Source: Rozella allomycis CSF55 (Eukaryota). Taken from it: DNA of 64,000 nt. The DNA lies in NCBI GenBank assembly GCA_000442015.1, contig KE560384.1:1-64000 (forward strand), read 5' to 3'. The notes below the pieces were generated by a model. The model was not told where the DNA came from. It ran no database searches and saw only the letters and a list, made by a program, of their open reading frames with translations. The position numbers and the translations under genes are program-made. Shown here in pieces: positions 23,672-36,695 of this stretch (position 1 is its first letter; each line of letters opens with the position of its first letter).

Positions 23672-25291
23672 TTATCGGACCAATGTAAATCCTTCTGGCT
23701 TTGTTATTTTCTTTTTTTCCCTAAATTCTTGAATCCATAATGAGAGTCGTGTTTTCGCGGCCACTGATTCTTTTGGAATTAATGGCAAATATTCCTTTTC
23801 TATGTACGCAATAATCTTTGGGAATTGATTAGGAAAATGCTTAAAAAATTGGAAGCCAGCAATCTTGAAAAAGGTAAAAAGAACAACTTACGTTTAAGAA
23901 ACTTAACAACAACACTGGAGATATCCTTCGAGGCTTACTATTGAGCATCCTAGCAAGCCAAGCCCAAGCACGTTCAATTCCAATAGGACGATTACCTTTT
24001 CAAAACTATTTTCAAAATTACCTTTAAAATCATGCTGCAATATAGCAGCATAAAGAGCAATGACTCCAGACATCCGTTCTTGGTAACTTTCTTCCGATTC
24101 AAAAGCACCGTCTTTCTTTACATAACCAACTAAAAGTCTAAAGTCATCAATGCTCATATTTTTTAGTTTTTTGTGATATATTGGAATTATGTAAGGACAG
24201 CATCGATAAAGGCAAGCGGCAATAATGTTTATAATATTTTCGTGTTGCTTGTAAAGCAAATGAACAACTATGGCGGTAGGGAATGCTGACGCAGGATTTA
24301 TAGCGATTTGAAACGTGGCTTGTTCGGTAATTTTCTCACCAAGTATAAAGAGAGCGTATTGATACAAATTTTCGCCTTTAGATTTTGCATTATTAAGTGT
24401 TTTTTGCAAATCGTTGACAACTGATTGAACTTGTGTGGCAATCGAAGATATTTGCCCTACCTTTGTGTTCAATTGAATTTTTATTTCACTTTTAAAATTT
24501 TTATCTGTTTGATCATCTCTAATTTGTATCATTTTATTATAAATCGCTTCCAAATCATTTATTTCCCCTTGTATAGTTTCTGAAATTTCGGTTTCCGGGA
24601 TTGGGATTACCGCTCTTTGCTTTTCTTCTTCCATTTTAGTTCTTTCCATTTTAATTCTTTCCATTTTCTCTTGTTTTAATTTATTTTCAAGCATAATCTT
24701 CTGTTGTCGCTCCTGTTCTTGTTCTTGCTCCTTCATTAGCAATTCCTTTTCCACTCTGTCTTTTTCCAACTTTATTCGAGCTTCTTCTTGACGAGAGAGC
24801 TCCTCTAATCTCTTCTTTTCATCTTCGATTCTTTTTCTTTCTTGAATTTCCTTTTCTCGCTGCAGATTCTCTCGTCTCTTTTCGTCCAGAAATTTGTTCT
24901 TCAAATCTTTAACTGCCAGAGACATGTCTCTGAATTGATCAAAAAAGTTGTTAAAATTATCTTTTTTCTTCAATTCAACAGAGGAATGATTTTCACGTTC
25001 TTCTGGATTAATTCTGTGCAGATTCGTAAATACTTCGGCCTTTTCTTTGCTTTTTAATGCAACTTCTTTAATCAAACTTATATGCGATTTTATTTCTTTC
25101 GTTTTTTTAATTTGTTTTGACTTGATAATGTCAAAAGCACATTCTTCGTCTGTTTCCTGATGATCCGAATCTGTGCTATCGTCGAATGTCTCGGGTGCAG
25201 AAAATTTTATTGTTTTTGTTTGTAAAGAAGAATTTGATGTGTATTTCTTTCGTGGTGAGACTAGACTTTTAGGAATACTATCCGACTCCAT
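23672..25291 (-). CDS. GLE1: mRNA export factor Gle1
   Basis: Coiled coil followed by CPYIIP, YQERMSGVIALYAAI and AWAWLARMLN; ends KPEGF. Confidence 0.88.
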
Positions 25292-25552
25292 TCCATTTAG
25301 AAAATTTCCTTACAAGTCGCTCTTTTTTGTTCCGTCCATTAATGGGAAGATTAAGCAAACAATAAAAATTAATATGTATTGCGGAATTCGGATACACTTA
25401 GTCATAGTTCGTTAAGGATCCATGTGGGTAATTTTGCCAGGCGAAGAAGTGTCCCTCTTTTGAAATTGTAATAATGATCTAATCTTAATCTTAATTCATC
25501 TGAAAATTTACATTTCTTATTGCATTTCGAACCTTGGAAACTTGTAAAATTC

Positions 25553-26167
25553 ATGAATGACAAGAAAAGTCAAGAGCATGAAAAATTTTTGGATTTAATA
25601 GACAATTACAAGAATGATAACAGATATTTTGCGGAAAATATGTCTAGTCAACTTGATCTATTAACACTGAACGAAGAGAATCCGCAAAACAAGGTTGAAA
25701 CTATTAAAATGTTAGCCAAGAAGAGAAATTCTTCTAGTCCTTTGAAGAATTCACTTAAAAAGATCGAAAATGAGGAATTCTTACAAGATGATGAAATTAC
25801 CAGTTCTGATTCGGAATCTAATTGCGATAGAAAACTTCTTGTCACAACAAGGCATAGAAAATCGATAGTTTCACCCATTAGACTAAAGTCTACGATGCAA
25901 CTAGTCAAAAAGATCTCCAATCGTCACCAACCCACACAAGTCCCCTATTTTCTGAAACGGCTCGATTCTTTGTCAAATAGATTATTCAATAGTAATTTAC
26001 CCACTTTTATTGATTCTCAAATACCCATATCTTTGAATAAACAACTAGTATTGTATGAACCAGAAAATAGCGAAAGAGAATCCCGATTACAGTCCAATCC
26101 ATTTATTGAAATAAAAAATGAAGACGACGCTGAAAAGAAAAATGCTGATGTAATGGACTTGGATTGA
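25553..26167 (+). CDS. Hypothetical protein
   Basis: About 204-aa ORF from ATG 25553; no family recognised. Confidence 0.5.
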   Translation: MNDKKSQEHEKFLDLIDNYKNDNRYFAENMSSQLDLLTLNEENPQNKVETIKMLAKKRNSSSPLKNSLKKIENEEFLQDDEITSSDSESNCDRKLLVTTRHRKSIVSPIRLKSTMQLVKKISNRHQPTQVPYFLKRLDSLSNRLFNSNLPTFIDSQIPISLNKQLVLYEPENSERESRLQSNPFIEIKNEDDAEKKNADVMDLD

Positions 26168-26393
26168 GAAATTTGTAATGAGCATTATAATTTTGCCAAT
26201 CGTGACACATTCTTTGGCAATTTGAAAGAAATGGTTTGCATAATAAAAAATAAATTACCTCTATTAGTATCCCATTACGATTATATGTTGCCTTTATATC
26301 GTGATTAATAATTACTATATTATAATGGTGAGCACTGACTGACTGAGAAGTATTAGCAAATGCATTGATTAATTATGCAACGTAAAAGATTTT

Positions 26394-27890
26394 TTATTTA
26401 GCTTTTGATTTGTTTATTTTTTGCTTCTTTTCGGATTTCTTCATTTTTGTCTTTCTCTTCTCTCTATTGGCTTCCTTTACAATTTTCTTCATTTCCTGCT
26501 TTCAGGTTTTGATTTGAATTACCTTTTTATTTTGTTTTATTTCTTCTTTCGAGGGCTGCTCTTTATCTTTCTTGTGAATTTCAGTGGGTTCTTCATCTTC
26601 AAGGTCTTCTTCTGAAAATTCACTTTCTTCACCATCCTCAACACTTGATAAATCTTCATCATACATTCTCAGTCCAGTAATTTTTTGATATAAAATCTTA
26701 TGTTTGAAAAAATAATATTTTACTTCTTCTGTATCTCCTGAAGCCAATAGCTTGGCATCTTTCTCAAAGTCTATTACTTGGTCCAATGTTTGCGGGATGT
26801 AAACTTGTTCGAATACTTTATTTTCATGTTCCAATTTAATGTTCTGATCATCTGAAAATTCTCTTTCTTCCACTGTTTTCTTTAGTCTTTCCACTTGGCT
26901 GGTTTCATCTGCAAGGGTAATGTCGGTTACAAAATCAAATAACTCTCGGAGAGTTAACGTTTTTATTCCTTTCTTTTTAAAAAATTCGGTAATGTTGAGG
27001 CAATCTTTTCTAAGAAACTCAAAAGCCAGGGGATGGTCATGTTCAACTGCTTGGGAAACATCGATCACAACAATTTGACCATTATGAACTCTAAAAATAA
27101 TTATCGTTATATAATTACAAAATATTATACTCTGAAAAGTCAGCATGAACTAATTTTGCATTTTGATACAATTTTCGTAAAATTACAACTAACTGCCAAT
27201 ACAAATCCACGGCCTTCTCAAAAGTCATATCGTCATCTTTCAATCTTGGTGCTGCCCAACCATTTTCATCCCCAACAAATGTCATTAAAATAACATGCAT
27301 TCGTAAAAGTATAGGCTCTGGGCAACAAATACCGGCTGACTGAAGGCGCCTAAGATTTCTCATTTCTTTTTCAGCCCAGACTTTAACCATCTTTCTTGGA
27401 TTATGCTTAGAATATCCATTTCTAAACCTGTAATTTCCCGACACATAGCGATCTCTATCTTTGAAAACTAAAATCGAAGTCTTGTAAACCTTCAATGCTC
27501 GATGTTCCCCACTTTCAGTAATGGCATGATATACATTAGCCTAATTTAACTTTAAATCGATAGAGTTACCTCTTTTCCAGTAGATATGCAGCCATTAATT
27601 TCAAAAATAACATTTTGATTCAACATTTTAAAAATTATCATTCTTGTTCTAGGATCAAGAACTTGTTCAGTAGTTGCCCTATCTGACTTGTCATTAACTT
27701 TATAGCTTTATATGAAGAAAAAAATTTAAACTTACGAATTTGTTTTTGAAACACTTGTTTTGATAGAGTTCTTCACTGAATGCCCCAAGTTTATTCTACT
27801 ATCAAACTTGTGCTGAGAAACGGAGAGTTTAGAATCTATAACAAAGTCATCTTCATACTCTAAATCTTTGTCGTCAAAAATTTCATCCAT
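26394..27890 (-). CDS. RIO1: Atypical kinase Rio1
   Basis: [50 protein letters not shown] and IDVSQAVE motifs. Confidence 0.95.
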
Positions 27891-28002
27891 GAGAAAGCTA
27901 CGCCACTGGACCAACAAAGTGTAAATGCAACGAAACCGCCATTTTTATTAATAAACAAAAATTTATGATACTAATATTAATTACATTCATTGTAAAACCA
28001 TT

Positions 28003-28939
28003 TTATTGGCGAATTAATAAAAGCTCGTAAACAGAAAATACCAAGCCAACTGCACACGATGCTTGAAAAAATCGAAAAGGTATTACATTAAAGAATAACT
28101 TCATGGAAAATTCAGAAGAAAGAAACACGACCAAAAATCTAGTCACATGAAATATCATTGGACTCAAAAATCGCGTTTTTGATTCCATGTTAAGGATGAT
28201 TGAGGCGAGGTAAGGAACCACAATTAACCAGACTAACCAAAGGTTAAAAGTACGAGAAAATAAAGTAGATGCATCCCTCGCGGTCGCGATGAAAGATTCC
28301 ATAATTGTTTGAAACCAAGACAATGTAAATGGTTCCAATTCCAGAGGAAGAAAAGCAGTTCTGAAACCAGCAATCAAAGACAAAAATTCGCTTAAAATAA
28401 TTGCAAACATGACTGATGATGCGTCAATTTGCTAGAAAGAGAATAAAAACCAATATTTACGTTTGCTACCATCTTTAATGGGTTCCAATTTCTCTTTTTT
28501 CTAATCACAATTTCAGGCTTGGATTTTTCACAAAGTTCCGCACATTTTTGTTCGTCCTTTTCGTCCTGGACAAAGTTCGGTTCTTCTTGGAAGACATTTG
28601 CAGGAGATTCAAATATTTCTTTATCCAAGCCATCTTCTTCTTTTCTTCTATTAGATTCTTCAGAATGATCGAGAAGATTGTCGATGACCTTAAAAGCAGC
28701 ACCACGTTTTTTAACCCTAGGGGTTTCGATCGGTCTATTTTCCTTATTGAGGTCCCCATCTTCGAGATGCCTGCGTATCACGTCTGCTAACTCGTTGCGT
28801 GACAAATTTTTGGCGTCTATACCCAACTCAATTGCAAGGTCTATACTCGATTCCGAAACTATTTTTTACCTAAAAGTTCGGGTTTCTTTAGCTTGTAAAC
28901 TTTAGATGGTGTCACCATTACGTCGTTTATGCTTGACAT
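28003..28939 (-). CDS. Membrane protein with N-terminal helix-extension-helix-like motif (possibly Gtt3-like)
   Basis: Spliced KLKKPELLDLAIELGI..LSRNEL; C-terminal TM segments; two 29-nt introns. Confidence 0.5.
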
Positions 28940-29184
28940 TTTTGTATTGTGAAAAATCCAAAATAAAAAATAACTGAAAAAGTCAGAGACATGAATTAGT
29001 ATTAGGAGAAGTTAAGTTTACTTTCGCCTTAAGGTTACTTTTAATTATTTAGATCTTTAACAATTTTTATTGAAATGTGTAGTACACATCAATAAGAAAT
29101 AATGAAACTCATAATTTTTCTTTGATAATTTGATGGAGTATTTTGTAACGCTATTTACTCCGCGTTCATAAAGAAGATCATTAA

Positions 29185-30239
29185 ATGTCTGAAGTGAGAC
29201 GCTGCGCCACTACAATGTCAAGACAGCGCTCTATTAAAAAACTAAAACTGTTCAAAGATGAGCCCATCAAAGAGACAAACTCAAGAACCCCTGAATCTTA
29301 TGGACCTCGGGGAGTGCGCTCGCCGTTAGAGAACATTTCAAATAAAACTCCGTCGCCGCTCAATGAGGAAATAAAGAGGAAAACACCCCAGAGTTCTAAA
29401 AGCAATGGAAAATTAAAAACGAAAAGTCAATTTGAGCAACTTGAAAAAGAAGGTAATTCTACTGTACTCATTGGATAGGATTATTAACCCTTGATATTCT
29501 TGATCAGTTCAAAAATAATCAAGACATTACCGTTGTAAATATGACTCCTTCATTTGCGCCCATCAAAAATGAGATAGGATTGGTACTACAATCTAAGGGA
29601 AATGTAAAATCCTGTACCAAACCTTTTTATCATGGATTCAAAAATCTTCTTTTTCTTGATATAACCAGGGTTCCAATACATGATGATGAAATCAGATATT
29701 TGATAAGACTTTGTAAATTGAGAGGACTAAGTTTAAGCTACACTGAAATTACATTTAAAGGAATGAAGTACTTGAGTCATCACGCACAGTTTAAGGATAC
29801 ATTAGAAGTACTGAAACTGGCAGGAATTGAAGGTCTCGATGATTCATGGCTACCTTTAGTTCAGACTTTTACGAATTTGAATGTATTAAATATCACAGAT
29901 ACACTGATTAACATAGAAGGTCTAATAAAAATTGTAAGCCCATTTGCCAAAGAATCAAAACTTTCCACAATTCAATGTTCACCCTGTCTGTTATCAAATT
30001 TGATTAGTAAAAGGACTGAATACCTTTCTCTGGCGGATAAATTGATAATGGATAAATCAGAAATATCTGTTTGTGATAAGAAAACCCTCAAATCTCAACT
30101 TGTCTATTTTAAAAGAATATATCCAGAAGTTGTGATGAAATTTAATAATGATTATGGCGAGGAGCATATGAGAACATATCTATGCTCACTAATTGATAAA
30201 CGAGCAGCTGAAGAAACATTATGGAGGATCATGGAATAA
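29185..30239 (+). CDS. RNI-like leucine-rich repeat protein
   Basis: LLFLDITRVPI, LRGLSLSYTEI and LNVLNITDTLI repeats; one 26-nt intron. Confidence 0.65.
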
Positions 30240-30414
30240 TAAACTTTATTTAACTATATTGACCATAAACAAGTATACATGTTNCTATTTAACTATATTA
30301 ACCATAAACAAGTATATACAGTCCATCATGTTGCTATTTTTGGAATTGTAGCATGGCTTTGAACCATTTATAGCCCTGTGACCAATCATGAACATTACCC
30401 CTTAATCAACGTTC

Positions 30415-30879
30415 ATGAAGAAAGAGATACTATCAGCGACTGCATTTTTATCCAGTTTTCTTCCATTTGAATACCGATACATTTTTGAAAACCGATTATT
30501 TGACGTACTGAGTGCGAAATTTCAAGGTCACTGGAATGCAAAGTCGGGATCCGCATATAGGTCTCTTATCAACATGAATGGCGTTCGTTTTGATCCAGTT
30601 ATAATGAATGCATTTATATTTACCGGGCTACCCTTTTCAGACTTCTATAATTACTTTACCATTGATTTTGTTATGTGGATTGACCCTGATCTTGTCGTTT
30701 GCCGGTTCGATAATAGAAACGAAATAGTATTATTGGACAACGTCGCTAGAAAGATTAAATCAAGAAGAGAAGTAAAATCATCAGGTTCAGAAGATAATGA
30801 CTCTGACATTCTGTCCGAGTTTAAAAGAAAAATACGACAAGCAGCTTCACCGGCCCTGAGTAGTGTGAGCTCATCATAA
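30415..30879 (+). CDS. BTG/Tob family protein
   Basis: MKKEI start, KFQGHW, GSAYRSL (box A) and MWIDPDLV (box B). Confidence 0.85.
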   Translation: MKKEILSATAFLSSFLPFEYRYIFENRLFDVLSAKFQGHWNAKSGSAYRSLINMNGVRFDPVIMNAFIFTGLPFSDFYNYFTIDFVMWIDPDLVVCRFDNRNEIVLLDNVARKIKSRREVKSSGSEDNDSDILSEFKRKIRQAASPALSSVSSS

Positions 30880-30898
30880 CATGCTTAAATAAAAAGAA

Positions 30899-32174
30899 TT
30901 AGTTTATTTGAATCTTAAAATTAATGTTTAAAGGTGTTTCTTTAATGGAAAATCTTAAACTGCACATCATGTCGACAACTTCTTCAATTGGAACTAATTT
31001 CACTAATAATGCAACAACATTGGCTTTCTGAACAATAACAGGACCTTTTAGATTAGAAATTTCATTCTCGTTAAGCCCGTAAATGGCGAGTTGCACGCTC
31101 GAATAATTTTCGGCCAAAAAAGAATCATCTTCGACTAAATTCCTCGCTCTCAATTCAAAATTACAATTTTCTGTTATAACCTAAAACAATAAATTGAACA
31201 AAATACTTTTGCGCTAGTTGATGAAAATTTTGCTTCAATCGCCAAAGGTTCATAAAAAGGATTGATAAATTTTAGAATTGTTGGGAATTCAGAGTCAACA
31301 TTAATCTTTTCAGGGACGTAAGATAATTGAATTTTCGGAATAAAATCACTATTGTAATCCTAGTTAAGAGAATTACACAGCTGACAATGATATGCTGAAT
31401 TTAGAGGATTGGGCTTTTAATTCGGGTTTTAAAATAGCGTGATTGCATTCTTTGCACCGCATGCTCTTTTTACAAAAGAGATTCGTTCTGTAGGGGTAGG
31501 CTACCCTACATTGCGTTAAAATCAAAGCTATTACTCGCCATTGTTTCCGCTAATTAACTGTTTATTTTTTTGTTCTAAAGTTAAGTTTGAAATATCTCTT
31601 TTCAATAAAAATTTAGTAATTACATTGATTGTTTTCTGCACACGCAATGTCGCTAAATTGAAACGCCGGTAAACAGGGCTCTGAAATTTTGTTTTCAAAA
31701 CCATTCCTGTTTTGTGCCTTATCAAGTTTCAATGAACTTTCAAGATGTTTTAGCAGACGCTCGAAATCTTTTTGCATGATATTGTTCTTTATTGCTTTCT
31801 GATATTGGCTAGCTAAACCTGTAGGCTTTTCAAAAGTCAATCCGACACTTTGGGAATTCCAATCACAGCAAGGACAATTTAAAATAAACAAACTTTCTCC
31901 TTTTTGAGTTAAGATTAAGATGTTAAAACATAGAGGACAATGGAAACAATTTCTTGGGCATCTAAATGAAATGTAGAACTTCTTAATACTTATTTCTTTC
32001 CGATTTTGCAGTGGCCGAAGGCACTTCAAATAAGCAGTTTGGACAGTAAAAAGTGTTGTATTCTATTTGTACGCAGTCAACGCATTTTAGCTTCGTACAA
32101 GTTATGCAAAAATATAATCTATCTATTGGTAAAGTAGATTTTTCGCATGAACAATAGCAATGAACGAACGGCAT
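30899..32174 (-). CDS. DCTN4: Dynactin p62 subunit
   Basis: LYFCITC..CVDCV, FYCPNCLFEVP, CPRNCFHCPLC and RCKECNHAILKPE motifs. Confidence 0.88.
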
Positions 32175-32317
32175 GCACAAAGAAAAATCGTAAATCCTGA
32201 AATGCAACTAGTTGGGTTCATAAAATGAATGAAAGATAAAACTGCTTATAATTCGATTTTGAATACAGTTAAGAAGATCGTTAAATTAGGATACGACCAG
32301 GTTCAAGCCACTTAAAC

Positions 32318-33496
32318 ATGACAGTTGAACAAGTTTTAGTTTTATGGGAGGAGGCAAAGTCTCTTGCGTTTGGTACTTGATATATTCCAAATAAAATTAG
32401 ATGAACATGCAAAAATAGAAAAGTTTAAGCGAAAACTTCGTAGTATAAACTTTACCATAGAACATGTCACCACTGAAGAAAAATCTACATGCGTTTTGCT
32501 ATACCTGTCGGCTAGGTGTTATTACAGTCCGTATTTTATAGAGGGTATACCCAAGTTGGACAGTATTAATTTGAATGCTGCTCTGGATGATGTTAAGAAG
32601 TATTTCGTGCAAGATAATTACCAAAGCCAAGATATTGAGCTGTACAAGAAAGATTCAAGCTTTAGCGATAGTGACGATGATGATAACATAGAAATATCAC
32701 GACTAGATATTCCACCGGTAAAATTGAAGAAAAGTAGACCTTACACAAAGAAGTGGAAAGAATTTCAACAGGTTATTTACGCTTTTGAAAGCATTTTGAA
32801 TCAATTCTCAAATGATGACATTTTGATTAACTGGAACACGATCGTGCCAATATTAATCCAGCTGATAGATGATTACGTTTTAGTTAATCGTAAAATTGGA
32901 GTTTCCATTATTCATAACATCCTCAAATTTAATGTTGGACCATTGCTAACCAGGAATAACATTTCCGTGGTTTTTGAAAAGTCTTTATATCCCTGCCTTA
33001 CATATTATAAAGAGCAACGCCTTATCGAAGAAACGTTAAATTCTTTGCTTAAGATAATTGAATATACTGCGCACAAAGCCTCTGCTTCATATTATGAAAG
33101 ACTTGATGTCCTTTTTACAAGAGTTTTGAAAGACCTAAGAGTTGAAACAAATATTAAACTTTGTCTTATATATTGGCAATTAACTATTAAAATTAAAGAT
33201 ATGCTTGGATTGATGATCATCACCTATTTTGACACTCTTATTCCTCTCTGTTGTAATGTTTTACTTGAACCTGATTATCCAAATGATCTGTGTTTAAAAT
33301 GTCTCGAATTTGTAGAATCAATAATTTTAAAATACCCAATAGAGTAAAATATTTCATCTAATGTGATGTTAGGTCAAGGAGGCTCAGTCATGAAATTGTT
33401 ACATTATTAAGAAAGAATTATTCGTTCTCATCGGACGAAAACAAAGATTGTATACAAACTATCAATGAATTCAAAAAATATAAAGGCATTTATTAA
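32318..33496 (+). CDS. TTI2: TTT complex subunit Tti2-like
   Basis: WNTIVPILIQLIDDY...KIGV motif; 2 short introns. Confidence 0.65.
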
Positions 33497-34005
33497 CCTT
33501 CAATGGGAATGGCTTTTCTGTTTTCAATTTCTTGTTCCTCATTTTTGGGTATTTCAATATTAAGAATTCCATCAGAGTAGTTGGCCTTTATTTCTAATAA
33601 AATTTGACACATTAATTTACCTTCAACCTTGGCATTTTCTGGTAGAGGAAATTGTCTTTTAAAAATTCCATACATCCTTTCTCGGGCCCAAAAAGTTGGG
33701 GTCTCATGATCATGGTTTCCTTTATCTTCCCATGTCTTTTCTGACTTGAGCTCTCCTGATATCATTAATGTGTTTCCGTTCAAAATTTCAAGTTTAATGT
33801 CTTCTTTTTTCACACCCGGCAATTCCGCCTCAATTTTAAAATCCTTTGGAGTTTCAATGACGTCTGCATTCATTTCTCTGTAGTCTTTCATTTTATTTGA
33901 TGTCAAGTGTGGGCTGAAATTGAAGGAGGACTTAATTAAGGGTTCTTCAAATATCTTCGAGATTCGATTCAAGTCATTAATTAATACTCTCTGTAATCGA
34001 TTCAT
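33493..34005 (-). CDS. Small heat shock protein (HSP20/alpha-crystallin)
   Basis: ELPGVKKEDIK, ERMYGIFKRQFPLP and ANYSDGILNIEIPK motifs; in-frame 27-nt intron at 33594-33620. Confidence 0.95.
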   Translation of the reverse strand: MNRLQRVLINDLNRISKIFEEPLIKSSFNFSPHLTSNKMKDYREMNADVIETPKDFKIEAELPGVKKEDIKLEILNGNTLMISGELKSEKTWEDKGNHDHETPTFWARERMYGIFKRQFPLPENAKVEGKLMCQILLEIKANYSDGILNIEIPKNEEQEIENRKAIPIEG

Positions 34006-34052
34006 TATAATTAAAGGCTGCGGTTCTTCCTTAAATACTTTTAATCAAGATC

Positions 34053-34070
34053 ATCTAGACTTTTCTGGAA
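34053..34070. promoter_or_regulatory. Putative heat-shock element upstream of HSP20
   Basis: ATCtaGACttTTCtgGAA, an imperfect array of alternating nGAAn units about 50 nt upstream of the ATG. Confidence 0.5.
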
Positions 34071-34337
34071 TCTAGGGTTAAGATCATGGAAAATATTCGG
34101 TTGATATATTTTTATTCCTTTTTTAATGAGTTAAAAAAATATTTAAATTAAAATATATTAAAAAAATACATCAACACATGACTTTATTATCTGTAACATC
34201 TTTCGCGGCAAGCAAATGATAAACTGACAAACTTCTTTCCTTATTCCAAGACCACACTTATTTGCCGTTGAACCACTAGGACTATTTGTAAACAACCTTA
34301 GCAGAAGATAGAATTGATTTGACAACAAGTGAGTAAG

Positions 34338-35075
34338 TTACTGTAATTTTATTAATGTATAACCCAAGTCGTGACATAAATACTGTCGAAGTGCTTCGCA
34401 ACCTTTTGTTTCGCAAACTTTAAACCATTTTTGATTTGCAATAGGAAGATCATCCACTGACAATGGTGCCTCCAATCCTAATCTCAAAACATTTAAGTTA
34501 AAATTTTCCTCATGAAATTTAATTCGTTGATGAAATTTCTTTTTTCGACCAACCTTTCTTTTGTCTATAACAGTGCATCCCGAGCATACCAAGCTCGTNA
34601 GAGGAAATTTTTCTTTTATCCATAAAGTTAAATTGAGGATTTCTTAATTGCTATATGGAGCAATAAATTTACCATTGCCGACAACTTCTCGATATGCATC
34701 AGCCCCTGATCTTCCTCTATCTTTACTATTTAGCGATCCTTTCGATTTTACGCCACCAATGAACTTTCCAAATCTACGTTTTTGGTCTTTGCATTTTCCC
34801 TCTGTTAAGAATTCAAATTATTTACCATAAACCTACTTTCGTTTGACACGTATGAGCGAGAATTAAGATTTCCTGCGCGCCTCTGATATACTTTTTGTTG
34901 GCTGGGTTGTGGTAAATAATCTAAAGCCTTGTTTCTGGAGTAATCATCCAATGGCTCCAAAATTGCATGAATCTTGCGTTTAGACAGACTTAATTATATA
35001 CCTCCATGTCACGCTCCAGTATTCGTAGTTGATTTTCATAAGACGCTTGAAATATTTAAACTGACTTCATATTAC
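34338..35075 (-). CDS. Hypothetical multi-exon gene or pseudogene of a repeated family; ends uncertain
   Basis: Frame stays open across 26-30 nt GT-AG introns; N at 34599; 23-nt identity with the repeat mosaic at 4270-4292. Confidence 0.35.
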
Positions 35076-35191
35076 TGTATGACAAGTTTTTCATATCGGA
35101 TCACACTCAGAAACTCAATTGGAGTATAATGTTCCGACGATACCAATTTTATCCCGCGTGGAAATAAAAATTGATTGAAACGCGAATTTAT

Positions 35192-36210
35192 TTATTTATT
35201 CTTTGGCTTTTTCCTTATTAAATTTTGACTCATGGTAATAGGTTCGGGATCTTCGAGTCTTCGTTTTTTTATTTCTCCATGACCGATGCACATTGATCTG
35301 TTCCATTCAAGCGCACATTTTCCACTAGTTAAGATTTTATCGATATGCGAGGTTGAGTCAATTGCTTTAATTTCATTGCTAAAATCCGAATGCGTGGTTA
35401 AGTATTCAAGTATGTCATCGAATACGCTATACTGTGACGTCTCCTTTTCATGGAAGTCAGCCATGCTCTTTTCCCCTTCGATATCAACTTTGTGGACGCT
35501 GAAAAGGGCGGCAATTGAAGTTGTAAAGCAAGAATCTAAAGATGACATGAAATCTTCGACTGTGACATTTTCATCGTCCAAATTTGTGAAATGCTTGGAT
35601 TTCGGATCGTCGCTAAAGGTTAGAGGGATAGAATCCCTAGCCTTGTCTGATTTGTTATATGGATATCCGATATTTATATTCGAGCACACATTTAGGTAGG
35701 ATTTAATTTTTTGAAACAATGGAAGCTGGTCAGCGTTAGGAATATGAATCCAAGATTTAGTCCCCGGAATATCTTCTAAGCAATGTATCCACCACCATAT
35801 TAAATCAATATCGTTACAAGGTTTCTTCGTTGGATTTTTATGTGAAAAAGAAAATAGAAAGGATGGCTTTGCACAAGCGATCAAGTGAAATTTACTGCTC
35901 GCGGATTGTTTAATAGCGAATTTGACAAGAGCGCGAGTCACATATTTTTGCAAATTTCTGGGCTTAAAAAGTCCGGTTGAATCTATGTATTGAATATAAT
36001 CATGATATTCCTCTCCTTTCTTTAATGATTGACTTAATAGAGCTAGAACTAAGCAACTACCTTGCTTCACCATATAGAGCGTTTTTCCATCTACACCCTG
36101 TTTAAATAGAATAGATATTTTACCTTGACTTTGAGAAAGGATACTTCTACTTTATACTCTTTTGGAAGCGCTTGTGACAGATAGTCGAAAAATGATGCCG
36201 AAACTGTCAT
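35192..36210 (-). CDS. RTT109: Histone H3K56 acetyltransferase Rtt109
   Basis: YIQYIDSTG, FLFSFSHKNPTKK..DIDLIWWW and FSDDPKSKH motifs; 26-nt first intron. Confidence 0.8.
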
Positions 36211-36695
36211 TCGGTATTTCCAGAAATTCAGAAGTATGTAAACCATATGTTGGAAAATATTCAATGAAGAACAGGTATAAACCGCGAATGCAAAATGAAA
36301 TAATCCGGATTGTATCTATTTTATACATCTACAAGATGGATTTTGGCTTGGAAGAAGCTACAAATCTTTTCAACAAGTATTATGTAAATTTTTAAATAAA
36401 TTATTTTTTATTTCATTCGATTCGACTGAATTTCCGTTATTTTGATTTTTGAACAGGGAATCATTGGTTGTTGTAGAAGTAGTTTCACGTTCATTCATTA
36501 AATTACATGAANCTCCATTTCCGTCTTCAACGTGCATCGGTAATGGATGAGTCATTTCCTAGCACAATTTATCAATTAATAAATGATACTCTCTTATGTT
36601 CACTAAATAGGAATATTGGACTAAATTAAGGTGTGATAACTGACGCTTAACCAGGAATTTTTGAAAGCTGATTGATCCAAAAGTTTAAATCAAAA

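Noticed and set aside
30247-30320. Tandem ~35-nt repeat upstream of the BTG gene
   Set aside because: The copies straddle the N at 30284; probable scaffolding overlap.
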